A stretch of 64,000 bases of DNA from the NCBI GenBank assembly GCA_017512095.1, contig JAFWHC010000001.1, forward strand, positions 71,099 to 135,098. The letters run 5' to 3'. The first letter of the stretch is position 1. Every line of letters begins with the position of its first letter. The notes under the pieces were generated by a model. That model was not told where the DNA came from. It was given only the letters and a program-made list of their open reading frames with translations, and searched no databases. Below are positions 56,771-64,000 of this stretch, one piece after another. Both the position numbers and the translations under genes were made by a program. Source of the DNA: Candidatus Saccharimonadota bacterium (GTDB lineage: Bacteria; Patescibacteriota; Saccharimonadia; Saccharimonadales; Saccharimonadaceae).

Positions 56771-57129
56771 GGGGCTGACAAAGCTTAGACGAATTATTAA
56801 CAGATATCAAGCGTTACGATTGAACACCGTAAGTGTTAAATAAGTGCTGAAAACACTGTTGCAAGGCGTGTTGCTTACATGCCTGCTTATGCCTAATTTA
56901 ATTTTATAGGCTGGTCTATTCTCAAGATTCCGTAGAGGATAGATTATCATACGACGGGATTAAGGGTTTCTTAGTGACGAGAGAAACTTCGAAAAAAATA
57001 GTCAAGGCAGCTTAGAGTTTCGTTTCTTGCCGCTCTAAACGAGATGCCGAGACAAAACAGGAAACTATGAACGTAGAATGATATCCAGTGGTTTTTCGGA
57101 CCCGGAGGCAGTATCCGGCAGCTCCACCA
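56771..57129 (+). ncRNA. ssrA: tmRNA (one-piece); tag (A)AENTVARRVAYMPAYA* at 56846-56896
   Basis: GGGGCUG/CAGCUCC-A-CCA acceptor with G3.U; resume context AUAAGU-GCU; T-arm CCGGA-GGCAGUA-UCCGG. Confidence 0.95.
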
Positions 57130-57151
57130 AGAATTGAGTAAAAAAGTTATA

Positions 57152-57180
57152 CACCTCCATAGTACAGAGGTGCTTTTTTT
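57152..57180 (+). terminator. ssrA terminator
   Basis: CACCTC/GAGGTG stem, T7 tail. Confidence 0.8.
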
Positions 57181-57202
57181 GTGCGTTCGGAGATAAAGTC
57201 AA

Positions 57203-57313
57203 AGAAAAAGACCGGTAACTGCGAGGAAAACCGGTCTTTTTGTGTAGAGTGTGGAGTTATTTTTGGCTAAAATGTTTGTTTTTGGCTTTGAATAATTATT
57301 TTATTCAAAAGCT
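57203..57313 (-). ncRNA. Candidate ~110 nt small RNA
   Basis: TTGACA(57343-48)-17-TATACT(57320-25) on minus strand; 5' hairpin; A/C-rich middle; terminator 57205-57241; no ORF. Confidence 0.6.
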
Positions 57314-57516
57314 AATACCAGTATAGCGCGCAAAAACGCTTGTGTCAACACTTTTTTGCATAAATTTTTTATGAATTTTGATGAGTTTTCCACAAGTGAA
57401 GAACAGAGAAGAGCGTAATTTGGTGTAAAAAATACAACACGTTTGTTTAACACATTTAACAGGGGAAAAGTAGGCTTTTGTTGTAAAAAATAATTTAAAA
57501 ATGTTGAACAAAAATA

Positions 57517-57545
57517 TTGCATTTTTGTGTCGATCGTGCTAGAAT
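57517..57545 (+). promoter_or_regulatory. Strong sigma70 promoter with no associated ORF
   Basis: TTGCAT-17-TAGAAT plus TG extension and AT-rich UP-like tract upstream. Confidence 0.75.
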
Positions 57546-57549
57546 GTAA

Positions 57550-57880
57550 GAGTCGAAAGACAAAATAAACACTAAAAACAAAAAGAGAAAAAATGAAGTA
57601 TAAATAAGGAATAAGCTGGCGGTGCGAATAGGCAATTTCTAGCCATAAATTACATATAGGAATTGCCTTAAGCTTCGCCAGTTTGAGTGAAGCGCTGTTC
57701 GAGGACTTTTCGTTAGTACCTTAAAACAATATAGAACGAAAGGGAATCAACAAGGACATGCTCCACAATTGTGGAGCGGTCAAGCGGCTAGAGCGAGGAA
57801 CAAGGTTGCGGCCAATAGTAAGTTTTAATGCCGGATAACCTCCCTCGCTTTGGTCCAAAGGAGAATAAAATTACGACTTG
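57550..57880 (+). ncRNA. Candidate ~330 nt structured RNA of unknown family
   Basis: At least seven helices visible by eye downstream of the strong promoter (see findings). Confidence 0.6.
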
Positions 57881-57938
57881 GGGGTAAAAAGCAAGCACGC
57901 GATGTACACTTAAACATAAGTGTGATAAAATATAGTAT

Positions 57939-58289
57939 ATGCGTGGCAGAATAGTTCTCGTCTTAAGTATCTTTTCGCTTTTTGGGATACTAGCTATGCT
58001 TAACTATACGACGCCGAAAGATGCTGGTGTCTTAGGTGTTTTAGTATTTTTTACAATGATTTTCACGGTTCTCTTTGGCTTGATGTCGGAGATAGTGAAA
58101 ATTTTTCAGAGGATACTAAAAGACAAAAAGGGGGGAGAGATTTCTGAAAATAAGACGTACATGTATGCTACGGTGCTGGCATTTGGGCCAATTATTTTGC
58201 TGGTGACGCGTTCGATAAGTTTGGCTACGCTTGCGATGACAGTCATTTTTGTGAGCTTGGGTTGTTTTTTAATACACAAAAGAGCGTAA
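57939..58289 (+). CDS. Hypothetical membrane protein (4 TM)
   Basis: 116 aa hydrophobic ORF with leaderless-type promoter. Confidence 0.75.
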   Translation: MRGRIVLVLSIFSLFGILAMLNYTTPKDAGVLGVLVFFTMIFTVLFGLMSEIVKIFQRILKDKKGGEISENKTYMYATVLAFGPIILLVTRSISLATLAMTVIFVSLGCFLIHKRA

Positions 58290-58307
58290 GCGTGATAAAA
58301 TAAGCAT

Positions 58308-58514
58308 ATGTATAATGAGTTTGAGGATGCACTAGCGAGAGACAACACTTCACTTAAAAAAGAGATGGGTGAAGAAGGTTTGAGGGAAATACGTAAAATT
58401 GAAAAAGAGTTTGCGGACGATCCGTACATGTTAAATGTGAAGATTCAAGACATGAGCGACACGTTAATTTTGAAGGCTTTTGGACGCGTGCGGGAGGGGA
58501 GTGAAGTAAAATGA
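58308..58514 (+). CDS. Small hypothetical protein (68 aa)
   Basis: Leaderless-type promoter; ATGA overlap with next gene. Confidence 0.6.
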   Translation: MYNEFEDALARDNTSLKKEMGEEGLREIRKIEKEFADDPYMLNVKIQDMSDTLILKAFGRVREGSEVK

Positions 58515-61180
58515 GTGAGCCGGTTCTGTTCTTAATTTTGGGCGGAGTAGCACTCCTGTTTGTGTTAATTTTACTACGCGCGGGGAGAGTGAAACGGATG
58601 CGCGAGGTGAAGGAGGCAGAGCGAGGACTCAAGATGATTGCAATGCTGATTCATTTACCGCCAACGACTTCGGATATCCAAGGTGGTGGGAGAGACGAAC
58701 GAGATGTGGTGAATGAAGCGGTGAGTCAGGCGCAAGTGATGTATTCGATGATTGCGTCGACGTTGGTGAAGGGGAAAGCAGCGAAGATATTTGGACAGAA
58801 GCATATTTCGTTTGAGATTGTGGCGACGGGCGGCGTGATTAAGTATTTTGCTGTGGTGCCGGCCGTGTTAACAGAAACGGTGAAGCAGGCGGTGATTTCT
58901 GCGTATCCGACGGCAAGACTGGAAGAGACAGAGAGGGAGAATATTTTCTCGAAGACGGCTAAACTTTCCGGGGTGGCAGGCGGAGAACTCGAACTTAAGA
59001 AAGAATATGTCTATCCGATTGCTACGTACGAGGAAACGAAGAGAGACGCCAGCGTAGCGCTGTTAAATACGATGGCGTCAGTGAAGGATGGTGAAGGAGT
59101 GGGGGTGCAAATAATGTTTAGGCCAAAGGACAATGAGTGGACAAAAAATGCGGAGACTTGGGTAAAAAATGTAAAAGAAGGGAATAAAAAATCGATTAAG
59201 GTCGGGGGCTCGAACAATTTTCTTAGCGACTTTGTACAAATATTTAGGTTGCTTTGGAAGCCGCTCGATGCGCACGAAAATGCAGAAAAGCGCGAGGAAG
59301 TGAGAGTCTTGACGAATATTGAACAACAGGAAATTGGTGCGGTTGAGGAGAAAACGAAGTATGCGGCGTTTGAAACTTTGGTTAGAATTGTAGCGAGCAG
59401 CGACCAGGGAAAGGCTCGAGCTGAGGCGTTGGCGGGCGGGGTGGTGACGGCATTTTCGCAGTTTGATTCGCCTATTTATAATGGTTTTAAATACGAAATT
59501 GCAAAAGATGTGAAAAAGCTAGCAAGGGATTATATTTTTAGAGATTTTCCTTTGACGGAATGTAATAATATTTTGAACAGTGTTGAGCTTGCGAGTATAT
59601 TCCATTTGCCGGAGCAGAACGCAATTCCGACGAGTCAAGTGATGAGGCAACTGACGAAGCAGGTGGAGGGGCCGGCGAGATTGGTAGAAAATGGTGTATT
59701 AATTGGCGTGAATGAGTTTCGGGGCGAGAAGAAGGAGATACGACTATCACAAGAAGATCGAAGGAGGCATACTTATGTCATCGGCTCGACCGGAATGGGT
59801 AAGTCGAAGTTTTTGCGCAATATTGCGTATCAGGATATGCTAGAGGGGAGAGGGTTCGCCTTTATTGACCCGCATGGTGATGTGGCAGAGGAGCTACTTT
59901 CAATGGTGCCAAAAGAGAGAATTGATGATGTGATTTATTTTGATCCAGGAGATATGGAAAACCCGATTGGAATGAATATGTTTGAGTTTCAGACGCCGGA
60001 TCAAAAGGATTTCATTATTCAAGAGGGGATTAATATGCTTTATTCGCTGTACGACCCTGGACATACGGGGATTTTTGGTCCGAGAGGTGAGCATATGTTT
60101 AGAAATGCGGCGCTGCTTTTGATGTCTGATCCGAATGGGGCTTCGTTCATTGATATTCCGAGAGTGTTCATCGACCCGGAGTTTGTAAAAGCGAAGTTGC
60201 CATATGTAACAGATAGGCAAGTGTATGATTATTGGACAAAGGAATTTCCGGCATCACAGAAGAGTAATGACGCGGGGGAAGTAACGACGTGGTTTGTGTC
60301 GAAATGGGGGCCGTTTATTTCGAATACGATGATGAAAAATGTCTTAGGGCAGACAAAAAGCGGGTTTAATATTCGCGAGGTGATGGATAATAATAAGATA
60401 CTTTTGGTGAACTTATCTAAGGGTAAGATGGGGGAACTTAATTCGAAGCTACTCGGGATGATATTTGTGATGAAATTTCAGGCGGCGGCGATGAGTAGAG
60501 TGGACACGCCAGAAGATAAGCGAAAAGATTTCTGTTTGTTTGTTGACGAGTTCCAGAATTTTTCGACGGATAGTTTTGAGAGTATTCTGTCGGAAGCGAG
60601 GAAATTTAGGCTCAATCTTATTGTGGCGAACCAATTTATGACGCAGTTGACTGACAAAATCCGCGAAGGCGTGCTTGGGAACGTTGGTACGATTATTGCG
60701 GGTCGGCTTGGCGTGACAGATGCTGAGTTGATTGAGAAAGTGTTTGCACCGACGTTTACGGCAGAAGATTTACACAAGACGCCGAACTATCATGCGGTGG
60801 CAACGGTGATGATGTATGGAATGCCGAGTACGCCGTTTACGATGACGTGGCCCGTGCTAGGAAAGGAAAATCCGGAAGTTTTGAAGAGCTTAAAGACGTA
60901 TTCGGCGGCGAAGTATGGGCGGCCGCGAGCGGAAGTGTCACGAGAAATTGACCGGAGGCTTGCCGCAAGCAATAAAGGTGGGGTGGAAGATAAGACGAAG
61001 ACAGCAGAAACGGAAACAAAGCGAGTCTACAAAGTGCCTGGGAAGGAAGAACGAGAGGAGAATTTCTTAGAGGCGTGGATGAGAAAGAAAAGTGAGCTTG
61101 AAAAGGATATGAAGCCGGCGGAGAAGCCGCAAGAAGATGGTTTTTGGCGAGCGGACGACAGGATAAGCATAAGGTCTTGA
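58511..61180 (+). CDS. VirD4/TraG/HerA-like (DUF87) membrane-anchored ATPase
   Basis: N-terminal TM, RRRHTYVIGSTGMGKS, FIDPHGD, FVDEFQNF, LSEARKFRLNLIVANQF. Confidence 0.87.
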   Translation: MSEPVLFLILGGVALLFVLILLRAGRVKRMREVKEAERGLKMIAMLIHLPPTTSDIQGGGRDERDVVNEAVSQAQVMYSMIASTLVKGKAAKIFGQKHISFEIVATGGVIKYFAVVPAVLTETVKQAVISAYPTARLEETERENIFSKTAKLSGVAGGELELKKEYVYPIATYEETKRDASVALLNTMASVKDGEGVGVQIMFRPKDNEWTKNAETWVKNVKEGNKKSIKVGGSNNFLSDFVQIFRLLWKPLDAHENAEKREEVRVLTNIEQQEIGAVEEKTKYAAFETLVRIVASSDQGKARAEALAGGVVTAFSQFDSPIYNGFKYEIAKDVKKLARDYIFRDFPLTECNNILNSVELASIFHLPEQNAIPTSQVMRQLTKQVEGPARLVENGVLIGVNEFRGEKKEIRLSQEDRRRHTYVIGSTGMGKSKFLRNIAYQDMLEGRGFAFIDPHGDVAEELLSMVPKERIDDVIYFDPGDMENPIGMNMFEFQTPDQKDFIIQEGINMLYSLYDPGHTGIFGPRGEHMFRNAALLLMSDPNGASFIDIPRVFIDPEFVKAKLPYVTDRQVYDYWTKEFPASQKSNDAGEVTTWFVSKWGPFISNTMMKNVLGQTKSGFNIREVMDNNKILLVNLSKGKMGELNSKLLGMIFVMKFQAAAMSRVDTPEDKRKDFCLFVDEFQNFSTDSFESILSEARKFRLNLIVANQFMTQLTDKIREGVLGNVGTIIAGRLGVTDAELIEKVFAPTFTAEDLHKTPNYHAVATVMMYGMPSTPFTMTWPVLGKENPEVLKSLKTYSAAKYGRPRAEVSREIDRRLAASNKGGVEDKTKTAETETKRVYKVPGKEEREENFLEAWMRKKSELEKDMKPAEKPQEDGFWRADDRISIRS

Positions 61181-61240
61181 ATTTTTAGGCAGAAACAGAT
61201 ATAATGGGGGAAGTTATTTTAAAGACAGAGGTAATTTGTT

Positions 61241-63223
61241 ATGCCAAAGGCGCAGGAATATGATTCGTCAGAAATTAGAGTTCTAGAAGGGCTGGAACCG
61301 GTTAGAATTCGTCCCGGGATGTATATTGGCTCGACTGGTTATGATGGGCTGCATCATTTAATTAAGGAGATTGCGGATAACTCGATTGATGAGGCAATTG
61401 CTGGATTTGCGAATAAGATTACGATTACAATTCTTGCGGATGGCGGCGTACGCGTGGATGATAACGGGCGTGGTATTCCGGTTGACAAACATCCGAAGAC
61501 GGGATTATCAACGCTCGAGACAGTTTTGACGGTGCTTCATGCGGGTGGCAAGTTTGGCGATGGCGGATATAAAGTTTCTTCTGGGCTTCATGGTGTTGGC
61601 TCATCGGTTGTAAACGCGTTGTCGACGAAGATGATTGCAGAGGTTTATCGCGACGGAAAAACGCATCATGTGGAATTTGAGACAGGGAAGACGTCTTCGC
61701 CGTTTAAGGTGACCGCTGGCTGTCCGAGAGAGCATGGAACATCGATTACATTTTATCCGGATCCGACGATTTTTAAGGAGACGACGACGTTTGATTATAC
61801 TTGGGTGTCGAATTATGCAAGACATCAGGCGTATCTCACGAAGGGGATTCTAATTGAAGTCTTAGATGAGCGGACAGGAGCAAAGGAGTCGTTCTATTTT
61901 GAGGGGGGAATCCGGAGTTACGTGAAACGCCTTAACAACGGGAAAGAGGTGATTTCTGATGACATATTTTATGTCGAGAAGAAAATTGCTGACTCGGAAG
62001 TCGAGATTGCGCTTCAATATAATGATACGTTTGCGGAAATTATGAAGCCGTTTGCAAACAACGTGTTGACGCCGGATGGCGGGATGCACGTAGTGGGGTT
62101 TAGGACGGGGCTAAACCGGACGATAAATGACTATGCACGTAAGAATGGGCTTCTGAAAGAGAAAGAAGATAACCTCACGGGGGACGATATCAAAGAAGGA
62201 CTAACGGCGGTGATTTTGGTGAAGTTGCCAGACCCGCAATTTGAGGGACAAACGAAGAATAAGCTGGGAAATCCGGAAGTTAGAGGTTATGTTGATAAAG
62301 TAATGACGGAGTATTTTGGGTATTATCTTGAAGAGAATCCGGCGATTGCTAAGAAGATTGTTCAGAAAGCGACATTGGCAGCGCGCGCAAGAAAAGCAGC
62401 GAGGGCGGCACGCGATAACGTGATTCGCAAGGGGGCGTTTGATGGGTTGAATTTACCGTCGAAGCTAGCAGATTGTTCTTCAAGGAATCGCGATGAGTGT
62501 GAGCTCTTTATTGTCGAGGGTAATTCGGCGGCCGGCTCGGCGAAAGAGGGAAGGAATCCAAAGATTCAGGCGATTTTGCCACTGCGTGGCAAGGTATTGA
62601 ATACGGAGCGGGCACGGCTTGATAAAATGCTTGCGAACCAAGAACTTGTTAGTTTGATTAAGGGGCTTGGCGTGGGGATTGGTGAGCAGTTTGATATTAA
62701 TGGGCTTCGATATGACAAAATTGTATTCATGACCGATGCGGATGTTGATGGTCTTCATATTGCGACGCTTCTCATGACGTTTTTCTTCAGGTATATGCCA
62801 CAGGTGATTGAAACTGGGCACGTGTATTTAGCGAAGCCACCGCTATTTGGTTTAATTAAGGGGACGGGTAATACTCGTAAAATCGATTATCTTTATGATG
62901 AGGCAGCGCTTGAAGCGAAATTGACTGAGAAAATTGAAGAAAAACGGAAAAATGGTACGAAGATTGACGAGAGCCAAGAGAGATTTAAGCAGGCTGGATA
63001 TACGGCGCAGCAACGTTTTAAAGGGCTAGGCGAGATGGACGCGAAGCAGCTCTGGGAGACGACAATGGACCCGGAGAACAGGGTGCTAGTGCAGGTGCAT
63101 ATTGAGGATGCCGAGAAAGCGGATGCAGTGTTTGCGAAGTTGATGGGCGACCAAGTTGACCTTAGAAAAAACTTTATTCAGGCAGGAGCGGCGAAAGTCA
63201 ACCTGGATGACCTGGACTTTTAA
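61241..63223 (+). CDS. gyrB: DNA gyrase subunit B
   Basis: IRVLEGLEPVR, DNSIDEA, SGLHGVG, VEGNSAAG, PLRGK, MTDADVDG, RFKGLGEM. Confidence 0.97.
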   Translation: MPKAQEYDSSEIRVLEGLEPVRIRPGMYIGSTGYDGLHHLIKEIADNSIDEAIAGFANKITITILADGGVRVDDNGRGIPVDKHPKTGLSTLETVLTVLHAGGKFGDGGYKVSSGLHGVGSSVVNALSTKMIAEVYRDGKTHHVEFETGKTSSPFKVTAGCPREHGTSITFYPDPTIFKETTTFDYTWVSNYARHQAYLTKGILIEVLDERTGAKESFYFEGGIRSYVKRLNNGKEVISDDIFYVEKKIADSEVEIALQYNDTFAEIMKPFANNVLTPDGGMHVVGFRTGLNRTINDYARKNGLLKEKEDNLTGDDIKEGLTAVILVKLPDPQFEGQTKNKLGNPEVRGYVDKVMTEYFGYYLEENPAIAKKIVQKATLAARARKAARAARDNVIRKGAFDGLNLPSKLADCSSRNRDECELFIVEGNSAAGSAKEGRNPKIQAILPLRGKVLNTERARLDKMLANQELVSLIKGLGVGIGEQFDINGLRYDKIVFMTDADVDGLHIATLLMTFFFRYMPQVIETGHVYLAKPPLFGLIKGTGNTRKIDYLYDEAALEAKLTEKIEEKRKNGTKIDESQERFKQAGYTAQQRFKGLGEMDAKQLWETTMDPENRVLVQVHIEDAEKADAVFAKLMGDQVDLRKNFIQAGAAKVNLDDLDF

Positions 63224-63236
63224 GGAGTAGAAAAAT

Positions 63237-64000
63237 ATGGCAGATAGCGATAAAAAAGACGAACTAAAAAAACAGGATCCGGTTGAGGGAGAAGTGGTGG
63301 GTGGTGAACCGGAAAATACGACGGAAGCAATTTTGAACGGAATTGAAAATCGAAACGTTGAGAGTACGATGGAGGAATATTTCCTGAAGTATTCGATGTC
63401 GGTGATTGTCGACCGCGCATTGCCGGACGTGAGAGATGGTTTGAAACCAGTGAATCGCCGTATTTTGTATGCGATGAATAAGAATGGCTGGAAGGCGCCA
63501 CATGCGACGGTGAAGTCGGCGCGTATCGTTGGCGAGGTGATGGGTAAGTATCATCCACACGGTGATTCGTCGATTTACATGGCGATGGTGAACTTGGCGC
63601 AGCCGTGGAAAATGCGTTATACATTGATTGAAGGTCAGGGTAACTTTGGGTCGGCAGATGGTGATGAGCCAGCGGCGTCTCGTTATACTGAGGCAAGAAT
63701 GGATAAAGTTGGGGCGGAACTTCTTGCTGATATAGAAAAAGAGACGGTGGATTTTCGTGATAACTTTGATGGCAGTGAAAAAGAGCCAGTGGTTTTGCCA
63801 GCGGCGTTGCCGAATATTTTGTTAAACGGACAGATGGGCATCGCGGTTGGGATGGCGACAAATATTCCGCCGCATAATCTTGGGGAATTGGTGGACGCGA
63901 CAGTGGCGCAAATTGATAATCCGGAAATTTCTCTTGAAGAGCTAATGAAGTATGTAAAGGGTCCAGATTTTCCGACGGGTGCAGAAGTTTACGGTGGAGC
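63237..64000 (+). CDS. gyrA: DNA gyrase subunit A (partial, runs off window)
   Basis: Not in ORF track; translates [54 protein letters not shown]. Confidence 0.97.
   Translation, partial: MADSDKKDELKKQDPVEGEVVGGEPENTTEAILNGIENRNVESTMEEYFLKYSMSVIVDRALPDVRDGLKPVNRRILYAMNKNGWKAPHATVKSARIVGEVMGKYHPHGDSSIYMAMVNLAQPWKMRYTLIEGQGNFGSADGDEPAASRYTEARMDKVGAELLADIEKETVDFRDNFDGSEKEPVVLPAALPNILLNGQMGIAVGMATNIPPHNLGELVDATVAQIDNPEISLEELMKYVKGPDFPTGAEVYGG

Noticed and set aside
57130-57545. Possible oriC (AT-rich, one perfect DnaA box, gyrBA nearby)
   Set aside because: Only one perfect box, no dnaA/dnaN in the window, and the + strand appears G-rich on both sides by eye, so no skew switch
57622-57640. GUGCG as the 5' end of a group II intron
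   Set aside because: No domain V/VI consensus, no RT ORF and no interrupted gene
57758-57838. 26-codon ORF MLHNCGAV.. inside the structured RNA
   Set aside because: AAGGA is only 1 nt from the ATG and the start is buried at the base of a stable hairpin
1-64000. CRISPR array, IS element, prophage, rRNA, alternative genetic code
   Set aside because: No regularly spaced repeats, transposase, phage hallmark or rRNA sequence seen; TGA terminates ftsK and the 9091 gene normally and conserved proteins are full-length under code 11

Overview
Chromosomal 64 kb segment of a small-genome bacterium. The gene set and order (complete type IV pilus operon, VirB2-like pilin, VirD4/HerA-like ATPase, truncated PolA/ProS/ThrS, no biosynthetic genes) point to Candidatus Saccharibacteria (Patescibacteria/TM7); this is inferred, not database-checked. 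Genetic code 11 fits. The + strand is G/T-rich throughout, including under minus-strand genes, consistent with one leading-strand replichore. Most content is housekeeping: dnaG-rpoD, polA, mutM, truB-rpsO, pnp, ftsK, rpsF-ssb-rpsR-efp, pilMNO-pilB-pilT-pilC-pilD, xer, ndk, proS, greA, thrS, miaA, infC-rpmI-rplT-rpmB, comM, gyrB-gyrA. It also holds five tRNAs, RNase P RNA and tmRNA. No IS, prophage, CRISPR or rRNA was seen. The notable signals are non-coding. (1) The ~800 bp gap after ssrA holds two back-to-back near-consensus sigma70 promoters, predicted to drive a ~330 nt multi-helix RNA (+) and a ~110 nt sRNA-like transcript (-) that I cannot assign to a known family. (2) The one-piece tmRNA has the GGCAGUA T-loop regarded as an alphaproteobacterial signature. 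(3) There is a miniaturised ~135 nt 6S-like RNA. (4) About 15 genes show an (extended) -10 box exactly 6-7 nt before the start codon, implying pervasive leaderless mRNAs. (5) Several REP/MITE-like hairpin elements occur, one with tRNA 3'-end remnants. All folds and motif calls were made by eye.
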